Shown: one piece after another, positions 35,570 through 43,048 of the stretch
Numbering within the stretch: position 1 is the first letter of the stretch
Layout of the letters: the number at the start of each line of letters is the position of its first letter
DNA from: a virus
Taxonomy: Duplodnaviria; Caudoviricetes
Reading direction: 5' to 3' (one strand)
DNA: 43,048 nt
Virus record (IMG/VR): IMGVR_UViG_3300049015_000087
Location: 1 to 43,048 of that record
The notes under the pieces: generated by a model
The model's input: the letters and a program-made list of their open reading frames with translations, nothing else
Databases searched by the model: none
What the model was told of the DNA's origin: nothing
Position numbers and translations under genes: made by a program

Positions 35570-36448
35570 ATGACGAAAAAACGAATTCTGCCTCCTGACC
35601 GCCTAGCCGAGTGCGAAGCCGCTCATGGACTGTTTCTTTCCAAAAAGAACGAGCTAAAGCTCAGCCAGAAAAAAATCGCTGATGCCGCGGGCATGACTCC
35701 TGCCGCAGTGAACTTGTATTTCAAAGGGATCAACCCTCTGAACGCGCAATTCGCAGCAGTGTTGGCTCGAATGATTCACGAACCGGTAGAAGCTTTCAGT
35801 CCTCGCCTTGCCGAAGAGATTCGCGACTTGACCAGCGCTCCGGTAAAAGCGGGCGACATGGACGACGCTCCAGCAGGGAGCGCGGCTGACATAGTCCAAG
35901 ACATGCTGAGTCGCAGCGGGAAAAATCTTTCTGAAGATGCTCGCCGACGTTTACTGGAGGCAGCACAAGCAGAGGATCGTAAAGGCGTTATCGAACTGGA
36001 CTACTACCGTCCAGGTGCGGTGGGTGACGAGGTTTGGATTGCTCATTACGACGTCCGTGCCGCGATGGGCGGAGGTCAGATCCCCCACGACTATCCCGAG
36101 GTGCTTCAAGATGTGCGCGTTAGCCCGAAGCATTTACGTGAGATGGGTGTCGAGTTCAAAGAGCACTACCACCTCAAGATTGTGACAGGTTGGGGCCAGT
36201 CAATGGCGCCAACCATCAAGCATCGCGATCCGCTCCTTGTTGATATAAGCATCCGCGAGTTCACAGGAGATGGAATTTACATGTTCTCTTGGGAGGAACA
36301 TTTGTACATAAAGCGGCTCCAGTGGTTAGGCGATGGTAAGTTCAGCATGATTTCGGACAACGCCCTCCATCCGGCGCGGACGATCCGGGCCGAAGAAACC
36401 TACATCCAGGCACGGGTCTTGCTGGTATGGAATGCAAATTTGGTGTGA
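35570..36448 (+). CDS. cI: CI repressor (HTH + S24 peptidase)
   Basis: LSQKKIA...TPAAVNLYFKG HTH; AMGGG, GQSMAPT and YIKRL S24 motifs. Confidence 0.95.
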   Translation: MTKKRILPPDRLAECEAAHGLFLSKKNELKLSQKKIADAAGMTPAAVNLYFKGINPLNAQFAAVLARMIHEPVEAFSPRLAEEIRDLTSAPVKAGDMDDAPAGSAADIVQDMLSRSGKNLSEDARRRLLEAAQAEDRKGVIELDYYRPGAVGDEVWIAHYDVRAAMGGGQIPHDYPEVLQDVRVSPKHLREMGVEFKEHYHLKIVTGWGQSMAPTIKHRDPLLVDISIREFTGDGIYMFSWEEHLYIKRLQWLGDGKFSMISDNALHPARTIRAEETYIQARVLLVWNANLV

Positions 36449-36633
36449 ATTGCCTAGCACATCATGTAAGCCATTCGCCATAAGCCGCGTAATCGATTGG
36501 ATGTAGCCATTTAGGATCGGCGATGGTGGCCGAAACAGTGGGGGAACCGAGTGGTGTTGCACTCGTCTGAGCTATAGTCATCTCCTATGCCTTGCGTTCC
36601 AGACGAACAGCATAAAGTGACGCCGATTGCCAG

Positions 36634-36661
36634 TTGACTTGGCTGTTTACCCGTTCATAAT
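36634..36661 (+). promoter_or_regulatory. Sigma70-like promoter of the toxin cassette
   Basis: TTGACT-N16-CATAAT about 50 bp before ATG 36710. Confidence 0.65.
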
Positions 36662-36709
36662 CCCGGTCCGGTTTAAAAGCAATACTCTTCACCCATCAGG
36701 GAGGGCATT

Positions 36710-37216
36710 ATGTCCATCAAAGCAACAGCGTCGACTTTAATAGTCGCAGCTTTGGCATTGGTAGGCGACTACTCAGCGATTCAGCCCCCCCTGTCACCGT
36801 CTGCGTACCATGAGTCCTCTTCTCATAGGCATCCTAAAATCCGCGATTTGCGTTCTACGATCTCAAATCTGACTAACGGATGGCTGGAGCTTGATCGGAT
36901 TTACTCCGAAGCTATGAAGGCTGCGTATGCTAGCGGCTCGTTTGATGCTGAAAGATTTGGTCGGAATGTTGAGCTGCTTAGCGCTATTCGTGCGCTTGAG
37001 GCATCTCTAAAGGCGGCTGATGTTCCAGCCGAGCTCTCTACAGACCACCTAGGGCTTCGCCGTGCGATAGCTAAGACGAGATCTCGTCTTGCGATGCTCG
37101 ACAATTTCTATAAACAGTTTTTCGTGTCTTTCGAAGAGTTCGATAGCGCCGCCTCCGCCGACGGCCTCAAGGCATTGGCGGACCACACGACGAAGCGGCT
37201 CGGCGAGATCGCCTAA
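36710..37216 (+). CDS. Helical protein, putative antitoxin partner
   Basis: GGGAGG RBS; 8 nt upstream of the toxin gene. Confidence 0.65.
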   Translation: MSIKATASTLIVAALALVGDYSAIQPPLSPSAYHESSSHRHPKIRDLRSTISNLTNGWLELDRIYSEAMKAAYASGSFDAERFGRNVELLSAIRALEASLKAADVPAELSTDHLGLRRAIAKTRSRLAMLDNFYKQFFVSFEEFDSAASADGLKALADHTTKRLGEIA

Positions 37217-37224
37217 GGGTTGAA

Positions 37225-37665
37225 ATGGCTGTCGAGGTTTTCTTCCATAAAGGGACGTTTGCAGAATTCTTCGAGCCGGTTGACCAGAAGCATCCTGGCC
37301 TCTCGGCAACGCTGAAAGCAGAATTCACACGATATATCGAATCCGATCGGACCAGTCTTCCTAGCATTTTTGGCAAAGACGATGCGTACATGCAACCGCC
37401 GCAAGCAGTGCAGGCGTGTCTGATGCATATTCACATCAAAATTCCGCCGGCCCGATTTCCTCCTGGCTTGCCTCGTCATCAGCGGAAGTGCTCTGTTGGT
37501 AAGCCTGGAGAAGACGCAGCGCTCGTTTACGTCCCAGGTGAGCTAGAAGAAAACCGATATCTGCTTTTGGCGTTTCTCTGGCCAGATGCCCATACCAAAA
37601 GTCGAGACAGGACAAAAATGCGCTACCTCGCTCGCCTAGCTAAAGAATGGCGAGACAAAAACTAA
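37225..37665 (+). CDS. YafO-family toxin
   Basis: LPSIFGKD..Y, LMHIHI, ALVY, YLLLAFL.P.AH motifs of YafO-like RNases. Confidence 0.8.
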   Translation: MAVEVFFHKGTFAEFFEPVDQKHPGLSATLKAEFTRYIESDRTSLPSIFGKDDAYMQPPQAVQACLMHIHIKIPPARFPPGLPRHQRKCSVGKPGEDAALVYVPGELEENRYLLLAFLWPDAHTKSRDRTKMRYLARLAKEWRDKN

Positions 37666-37671
37666 TGTTAG

Positions 37672-37698
37672 AAAGCCCGCCAACAGAGCGGGCTTTTT
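37672..37698. terminator. Bidirectional terminator
   Basis: AAAGCCCGC-caacaga-GCGGGCTTTTT. Confidence 0.8.
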
Positions 37699-37707
37699 GG
37701 TTAAGCG

Positions 37708-38019
37708 TCAGAAAGGCGCCAGTTCCTCTTCCCTCTCGCTCATATCAATCATCCGATCTTCCTCCGAGCGCGCCTCCCACCTCAGCGTCACCGACCCATC
37801 GCCGTTGAATGTCACGTCAATGCCATCCGTTTCGGATAGCAGGTTCACTACCTGCTCCCAATCTCTATCTTCATCTGTATCCAAACGATGGATTGTTACC
37901 CAGCGCCGGATCTGCGCCACGGGGTGATTAATCATCGATGAGACGCGTAGTCCTAGACGCTCTAGCCCGCTAACTCTTCCCTTTTTTGAAGGTGTCGATT
38001 GGCTGTTCGACTCAGTCAT
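37708..38019 (-). CDS. DUF1654-like protein
   Basis: ERLGLRVSSMINHP.AQ..RWV.I.RLD...W...DG...L.W; GGAGG RBS. Confidence 0.8.
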   Translation of the reverse strand: MTESNSQSTPSKKGRVSGLERLGLRVSSMINHPVAQIRRWVTIHRLDTDEDRDWEQVVNLLSETDGIDVTFNGDGSVTLRWEARSEEDRMIDMSEREEELAPF

Positions 38020-38033
38020 TCCCCCTCCGATAA

Positions 38034-38049
38034 CTGTATATAAATCCAG
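38034..38049. promoter_or_regulatory. LexA (SOS) box
   Basis: CTGTATATAAATCCAG matches CTG-N10-CAG with AT-rich core. Confidence 0.8.
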
Positions 38050-38083
38050 CCTTGCGAGCATAACGCAGCAGCGATGAAAATTA

Positions 38084-38127
38084 ATTAACCATCGGTATTG
38101 ACGAAATAAATATACCGATGGTTAACT
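38084..38127 (+). promoter_or_regulatory. OL operators and pL
   Basis: TTAACCATCGGTAT and inverted ATACCGATGGTTAA match the OR sites; -35 TTGACG at 38098. Confidence 0.8.
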
Positions 38128-38174
38128 ATATCCATCGTATGCCCTACCGCTTACGTAGGGACTCAACAGACCCG

Positions 38175-38188
38175 TAGCTCTTTAAAAA
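38175..38188 (+). promoter_or_regulatory. boxA-like element
   Basis: GCTCTTTAAAAA versus boxA consensus GCTCTTTAACAA. Confidence 0.7.
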
Positions 38189-38264
38189 CGCGCGCCATAA
38201 ACGATTACCCAGCCAACGCTGGGAGGTCAGCCCCGGCCACACCTGTGGGGCGAGAGGAAGTCAG

Positions 38265-38360
38265 GTGAACAAAATCGCGCCGCGACTACTGGCGACCGGC
38301 GATCCGATAGCCCCGAACGGCTACCAACGCGCAGAACTGCGGCGGCGGACGAGGTGTTGA
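38265..38360 (+). CDS. Possible 31 aa Arg-rich leader peptide
   Basis: GAGGA 6-7 nt before GTG; MNKIAPRLLATGDPIAPNGYQRAELRRRTRC. Confidence 0.3.
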   Translation: MNKIAPRLLATGDPIAPNGYQRAELRRRTRC

Positions 38361-38554
38361 CCGAACTGGCGAATGACCCGGTAGGAGGCGCGAGCGATAC
38401 AGCTTTTTCACTGATGCACCTGGACCTCCGGGTGCATTGGGAAAACAACTGAAAAGTCATCCGGCGCGCCCTCTACGGCGCGCTCCTAGCTACTCCTCGC
38501 GCTGCCAACCCGCAGCCAGGTTTCAGTTCAACATCTCGCCAGACGGAGGCCTCT

Positions 38555-38980
38555 ATGACCGCTGCATTGAAAATCAGCCAACCAATAAAAATCATCCAGT
38601 CCCCTCCGATGGCTAGCGAGGATACTTGGGAAAATGCACGAGCCGAGTGGCTGTACAACGCTGTCGAAAGCCTGCTGGCCGGGGTAGACGTTAAAGTCCA
38701 GCGCCGCATGCGCCGGCCTCAGACAGTAACCACGGCTCAGCTCGCTCTGGCGATCGACGAGCACGTGAACAACCGGCTCGCAGACTGTGAGGTGCATTCT
38801 CCGGCACTGGGTTGGTTGATGCTTTCTTTGGGCAATGGCAGACCCGACAAGAACGCGATCGCTGAGCTCCTTGGCCCGAGCTATCACCCGTTGGGCAAGC
38901 GCGGCGAGATCGCTCAAACGTTACTTGAGCCCCTGGCTGACGACGCATTGATTGCTCAAGCAGAGGACAACGAACTGTGA
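38555..38980 (+). CDS. Early left hypothetical protein
   Basis: GGAGG RBS; first of an overlapping gene chain. Confidence 0.8.
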   Translation: MTAALKISQPIKIIQSPPMASEDTWENARAEWLYNAVESLLAGVDVKVQRRMRRPQTVTTAQLALAIDEHVNNRLADCEVHSPALGWLMLSLGNGRPDKNAIAELLGPSYHPLGKRGEIAQTLLEPLADDALIAQAEDNEL

Positions 38981-39168
38981 GTCCTCACATCGCAATCGAC
39001 CAAGCCCTAGCAGCGCTCGAAGAGTCTGAAAGCAAAGATTTAGACGACACGCTCGCCGAGGGCCTGAATGTCCGCCACTTCACGTCAGGCGGGATCACAC
39101 CCGAAGAATTCCATCACTATAGCGCACGTCTGCTGAAGATCAGTCGGAAGCGCAAGGAGGCGCAATGA
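38977..39168 (+). CDS. Early left hypothetical protein
   Basis: GTGA-coupled 63 aa ORF. Confidence 0.75.
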   Translation: MSPHIAIDQALAALEESESKDLDDTLAEGLNVRHFTSGGITPEEFHHYSARLLKISRKRKEAQ

Positions 39169-39359
39169 GCACCGCACCGGTAAAAACGCTGATCGATGAG
39201 CAGTTGGATGACATCCAGCGCAGGATAGCCATCATCGGCTTTGGCATGCCGTTCAATGAGGTGATCGGACGGAGCCGTGACGAGCGCGTCGCAGATCTCC
39301 CACGGCGCCTCACAGCAACCATGCAGGGCCGGCGAATCGCTGTGAGGGTTCGCCCTTGA
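39165..39359 (+). CDS. Early left hypothetical protein
   Basis: AAGGAGG RBS; ATGA-coupled. Confidence 0.75.
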   Translation: MSTAPVKTLIDEQLDDIQRRIAIIGFGMPFNEVIGRSRDERVADLPRRLTATMQGRRIAVRVRP

Positions 39360-39475
39360 TGAATAGCCATCAGCGCGCCCGGCGCCTTCTCATCTGGCGT
39401 GGATCCTTCTCAACCATCGCCTTTTGCTTCTTCTTGATGTTGCTCAGCGCTCTGGCTGATCGCGTCACCCAATAA
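39359..39475 (+). CDS. 38 aa single-TM peptide
   Basis: TGATG coupling; MNSHQRARRLLIWRGSFSTIAFCFFLMLLSALADRVTQ (not in the ORF track). Confidence 0.65.
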   Translation: MNSHQRARRLLIWRGSFSTIAFCFFLMLLSALADRVTQ

Positions 39476-39523
39476 CTTCAGCTCTGTACGCAGCGCCTCT
39501 CGTCGGTGGCGCGGAGAATAGTT

Positions 39524-40258
39524 ATGTCCAATACCCGCATCTGGGATCAGGTCAACGTAACCGATCCCAGCGCAACAAAGAATTTCACTGGCATGGGCGG
39601 TTTCAAAGGCACCGCCATTAAACCCACCTACCTGATGCGCAAGGCCACGGAAGTGTTCGGCCCGTGCGGCGAGGGTTGGGGTTGGACAGTCCTTGAGGAT
39701 CGCTTCGACGAAGGCGGCCCTCTTCAGGCTCCCACCAAGGAATGGCCGGACGCTCCACGCATTAACGCCAAGCTGCACACTTTGAAAATTCAGCTCTGGT
39801 ACGTGGGCAAAGATGGTCAGAAATGCACCGTCGAGCATTACGGCCATACCCCTTTCGTCCATCTCCAACAGGGGAAGATCGTCACTGACTGGGAGGCTGC
39901 GAAAAAGTCGCTGACCGATGCTATCGGCAAGTGCCTCCAACCCCTTGGGTTTGCAGCAGACATCCACATGGGCCTCTTTGAGGATGCCGCCTATGTCGAT
40001 GCGGTGCGCGATGAGGTAGCGATGATCAAGGCTGAAGACAAGGTCGCGGAAGAGGAACGCCAGAAGCAAGAACGGCTGGATTACATCAGGTCGGTTGTCG
40101 AGACGATGCAAGGTGCCCAGTCGCTGCAAGAACTCAAAAAGATCCACGATCACGCGGTTCGACGCCTGACCGCGCGAAAAGACGATACCGCGGTCCGGCG
40201 CATCGCCAAAGAACTGAAAGACCTTTCTGCGAAATTCGAAGAGGAGTCAGCTGCATGA
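39524..40258 (+). CDS. Rad52/Sak-like ssDNA-annealing protein
   Basis: TEVFGPCG.GW, AAKKSLTDAIGK..LGFAADI motifs. Confidence 0.75.
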   Translation: MSNTRIWDQVNVTDPSATKNFTGMGGFKGTAIKPTYLMRKATEVFGPCGEGWGWTVLEDRFDEGGPLQAPTKEWPDAPRINAKLHTLKIQLWYVGKDGQKCTVEHYGHTPFVHLQQGKIVTDWEAAKKSLTDAIGKCLQPLGFAADIHMGLFEDAAYVDAVRDEVAMIKAEDKVAEEERQKQERLDYIRSVVETMQGAQSLQELKKIHDHAVRRLTARKDDTAVRRIAKELKDLSAKFEEESAA

Positions 40259-40818
40259 CCCAGCTATACGCACTCTCCGGCAAGCTCGCCGAGATCCAGG
40301 CGATGGCCGACGTCGATGATGAGGGACTTAAAGAAGCCCTACAGCACGCGCTGGAGGAGATCCAAGGCGAGTTCGAAGTGAAGGCCGACAATGTCGTCAT
40401 GCTGCGCCGGAACATTGAAAGCGATGTCGCCGCGATTGAAAACGAGATTGAGCGTCTCACTGAGCTCAAGCGCATCAAGAACAACAGCGTGGCCGAGATC
40501 ACCGACTACCTTCGCCGGAACATGGAAGCGGCAAATCTCAAAACCATTAAGCGTCCCCTTTTCACCATTACCCTGGCCCTCGGCAAAGAGAAGGTAATCG
40601 TGGACAACGAGGACGCCGTGCCGGATGAGCTCATTGCCGTGAAAACCAGCATTGCGCCCGATAAGAACGCTATCGCCGCCAAACTCAAAGAAATCCGCGA
40701 TCACAACGACGCCGTCCGGAAGCGGATCGAAGCTGGTGAAGACGTCGAGCATGAACTTCTGCCCGAGCCGTCCTGGGCGCACCTGGAACGTGGAGATAGC
40801 TCCATCCGAATTAAGTGA
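40255..40818 (+). CDS. Siphovirus Gp157 family protein
   Basis: LY.L, KADN, EIERL, PDKNAI, AHLE...SIRIK. Confidence 0.9.
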   Translation: MTQLYALSGKLAEIQAMADVDDEGLKEALQHALEEIQGEFEVKADNVVMLRRNIESDVAAIENEIERLTELKRIKNNSVAEITDYLRRNMEAANLKTIKRPLFTITLALGKEKVIVDNEDAVPDELIAVKTSIAPDKNAIAAKLKEIRDHNDAVRKRIEAGEDVEHELLPEPSWAHLERGDSSIRIK

Positions 40819-40825
40819 GGCAAAG

Positions 40826-41068
40826 ATGATTAGCAATCACCTCAGCCTGATCGAGCTGCAGCGGCGGAATGCAGAATCGATCGATGATCAGATCACCAAA
40901 TATCTCCAGGAGGGCGGACGAGTCGTTCAATTGGAGGCACCGCCTTTCAATCCGATACGACCGCCCCGCTCGACCCGTATAGACCCGGAAACAATCTTGA
41001 AGCGGAAACGAAAATCGCAGCCTCACGCCAAGCGGAGGACGAGACGCAAAGAGGTGGACACGCCATGA
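40826..41068 (+). CDS. Small basic protein with SutA-like segment
   Basis: IDDQITKYLQEGGRVVQLE followed by Pro-rich and basic tail. Confidence 0.65.
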   Translation: MISNHLSLIELQRRNAESIDDQITKYLQEGGRVVQLEAPPFNPIRPPRSTRIDPETILKRKRKSQPHAKRRTRRKEVDTP

Positions 41069-41526
41069 GCAAACGTAAAGCGAATAACAACGTCGCCCGC
41101 GCCGAACGAAAATGCCGGGCATTGCTCAGGACCAACCATGTCGCAGTGGTAAACATTGACCCGAGCGGCACGCAGGTCATGATGAACTGGAAAAGTTGCA
41201 GCCAGATCCGAACGCTTGGAATCGCAAACGCAATCTTCGATTTCGGCTACCACTGGACAATCTATATCGCCGGCATGTGCCGAGACGACCGCGGAGCCGA
41301 GTACATCAAGCCAGTGGAGATATCGCCGGAGGGCGTCTACAAGGTGGAGCGTCTTACAGATGTTATCGAGCATTACTACCTGGAGCTCCGCAACAGCTGC
41401 AATCCGAATCACTTGGTGGCGTCTGGCTGGATTGCGATACCGGACGAGGTTTCGCTTAAAGAGGCTCATGCCGCGAGAATTTTTGCCAACGTAGGCGCTT
41501 GGAACCAACTGAAGGTGGCAGCGTAA
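41065..41526 (+). CDS. Conserved-looking phage hypothetical protein
   Basis: ATGA-coupled; SGWIAIP, GAWNQ. Confidence 0.8.
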   Translation: MSKRKANNNVARAERKCRALLRTNHVAVVNIDPSGTQVMMNWKSCSQIRTLGIANAIFDFGYHWTIYIAGMCRDDRGAEYIKPVEISPEGVYKVERLTDVIEHYYLELRNSCNPNHLVASGWIAIPDEVSLKEAHAARIFANVGAWNQLKVAA

Positions 41527-41559
41527 GGCTCGTCTGACTTTATACAACCGGCAGAGCAG

Positions 41560-41874
41560 TCATCCAATCGGTTTTCGTTGCGTTTGTCCAAATGGCTTAG
41601 GCCAGCCGACTAACGTAGGAGTTGGTTCTATATGCGCCTTTTTCTCCGCAAAAATAGCGTTGTTCCTATGGACGATGGGCGTTAAACCGCGGGCTTCGAA
41701 GCGGCTGAAAAGGTCGCGCATACGCTCGACATCAAATTTGTTGCCCTGACATGCCTTAATAAAGCGAAGGCTGATTTTGTAATGACCACAGACTAGGCAG
41801 ACGAGATCATCCCAATCACCGTAAAGGCCCTTACGATACGCATCGCCCCAACAGATCCAGCAGCTGCACATCAT
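41560..41874 (-). CDS. Cys-rich hypothetical protein
   Basis: CWIC...CLVCGHYKIS; GGAGG upstream. Confidence 0.6.
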   Translation of the reverse strand: MMCSCWICWGDAYRKGLYGDWDDLVCLVCGHYKISLRFIKACQGNKFDVERMRDLFSRFEARGLTPIVHRNNAIFAEKKAHIEPTPTLVGWPKPFGQTQRKPIG

Positions 41875-42100
41875 CTCTACTACCACCTCCCGTTTCCCAA
41901 CAGATTTCAGGCAAACGGTTTAAGTTCCTTAGAATGCTGGCACTGGCCAACCGATGGCCCTCAGGGCTGAAATGCGGACCTCGTCAGGCGCTAAACGGTA
42001 CGGATAACTGAAGATCTACTTCGTCTAAATGGTCGATGGAACAGAGGGCGATAACGTCCCGACCGAGCGAAGGGCAAAAACCTGCGTGTGCGGAGTTCGA

Positions 42101-42343
42101 ATGTCCAGCGAACCTTTCGACCTACCAGTCGGGGCGATACGCCCTGCTGAAAAAATACTCAAAGATATCGAGACTGCCGGATCGATGATCCTAGCCGTGA
42201 AAAACGGGGCAAAAGCTCACGGATTTGTGATCGGCTTAACCTGCGCGGGAGCCATCACCGAGGATCAAGCCGACCTAATTCTGGATCGGTTCGACCACGC
42301 GACGGAGAGAAGGCTTCGAGACTTGGCACTTAACGCTAAATAG
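42101..42343 (+). CDS. Small helical hypothetical protein
   Basis: GGAG before ATG 42101; AHGFVIGL..AGAI. Confidence 0.65.
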   Translation: MSSEPFDLPVGAIRPAEKILKDIETAGSMILAVKNGAKAHGFVIGLTCAGAITEDQADLILDRFDHATERRLRDLALNAK

Positions 42344-42375
42344 GAGTTTTTTCCAACAGCACTCAAACGCACGGG

Positions 42376-42630
42376 TCATTCATAGATTTTTCCGCAGTAC
42401 AGAAAAACCGCAAACTGACGCCAAGGATTAGATGGATCAAGCCCTTGCCTGATACCGAAGTCGCTGGATTCAGCCCAAGCAACGGCAGATTCCAAAAAAC
42501 CATCTATTGTATCGTTTTCCCAATCAGTGCTATCCGCTGAGGCTGCCGCTCTATCTGCCATCAAAGCATGGGCAAATCTAAGAAAAGATTGGTCGTCGTT
42601 GACTTCTTCTAGTAGGTCGTAGAGGTCCAT
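42376..42630 (-). CDS. Small acidic protein, immunity-cassette-like family
   Basis: F..AL..D...WEN.TI..FLE...W...PW..FA..LY.GKIYE pattern. Confidence 0.7.
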   Translation of the reverse strand: MDLYDLLEEVNDDQSFLRFAHALMADRAAASADSTDWENDTIDGFLESAVAWAESSDFGIRQGLDPSNPWRQFAVFLYCGKIYE

Positions 42631-42643
42631 CGTCGCTTCATCC

Positions 42644-43048
42644 TTAAGGGGTGATCGGCTTATCTATCCGCTCACCAGATTCCATATCCTCGATCTTAAA
42701 GTCCCACCGGTCTTCACTTGGCATCGACTTGAGACCGTACTCCCGCCCGGCTTTTAGGTAAACGTCCCGAAAAATTGGCCTCGTCGCTCGTGTCCCCGTC
42801 CACTTCTTCACTTCAAGACGGTGTTTTCCCGGCGACAAGCGATATTCGGTACGCTGCGTGTACAACGCATACAAGGTGTCTGCTCCATCTACGCTGGCAA
42901 TAGTGAGCGTCTTCTCTATCGCCCGAATACCTGCGGTTTCGGAGTTCGGTAGCCCTTCCGCTGCTTTCTCAGTGTAGGACCTACACCCAGCCGCCATAGC
43001 GATAATCATAGCGAAACCGAGGATGCTGAAGCCGCGCTTGAACTGCAT
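42644..43048 (-). CDS. Lipoprotein
   Basis: Lipobox MAAGC; IASVDG...LSPGKH...LKAGREY. Confidence 0.75.
   Translation of the reverse strand: MQFKRGFSILGFAMIIAMAAGCRSYTEKAAEGLPNSETAGIRAIEKTLTIASVDGADTLYALYTQRTEYRLSPGKHRLEVKKWTGTRATRPIFRDVYLKAGREYGLKSMPSEDRWDFKIEDMESGERIDKPITP

Larger units (their letters stand above)
38135..38490 (+). ncRNA. Structured pL leader RNA (candidate)
   Basis: At least seven hairpins/long-range stems found by eye; no long ORF. Confidence 0.45.
1932..41526. mobile_element. Lambda-like temperate siphophage (prophage) core; true ends not determinable
   Basis: Ordered modules: immunity, replication, nin/Q, holins, terminase, portal, capsid, tail, J, endolysin, spanins; no integrase or att site seen. 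Confidence 0.95.

Noticed and set aside
38275-38393. tRNA gene
   Set aside because: Multibranch structure but no T-loop GTTCRA, D-loop or CCA; arm lengths wrong
38405-38445. Solitary CRISPR repeat / RNA anti-CRISPR
   Set aside because: Shares only TTCACTG with type I-F repeats; better explained as a long RNase III-like hairpin
1-43048. CRISPR array, rRNA, IS transposase, att core
   Set aside because: No regularly spaced repeats, rRNA-like sequence, transposase motifs or terminal direct repeats found by eye

Overview
The window is almost entirely a lambda-like temperate siphophage (prophage), most likely from a Pseudomonas host; the host is inferred from gene families, not proven. The minus strand carries the rightward early and late operons: cro, a cII-like gene, O/P-like replication genes, ninB/ninG, a Q-like antiterminator, two holin-like genes, terminase, portal, head, tail, tip, endolysin and spanins. 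The plus strand carries cI and the pL arm (Rad52/Sak-like annealase, Gp157, small genes). No integrase, att site, tRNA, CRISPR array or reverse transcriptase is visible. The phage has many morons: a TPR + HEPN pair between tail K and tail I that displaced an older gene, a YafO-like toxin with a non-canonical partner at the rexAB position, HicAB with an extended HicB, a lone PD-(D/E)xK-like nuclease, a colicin-E1-immunity-like membrane protein and a five-gene antisense cluster before the terminase. The best novelty candidates are (1) the TPR-HEPN putative defence pair, (2) a 3x T[W/F]D heptad insert in J that may dock a side fibre carrying a T4 gp9/gp10-type N-terminus, (3) a ~420 nt highly structured boxA-containing pL leader with no recognisable N gene, and (4) a phage-encoded SutA-like RNAP-binding protein. 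All family assignments are by eye from motifs; no searches were run.
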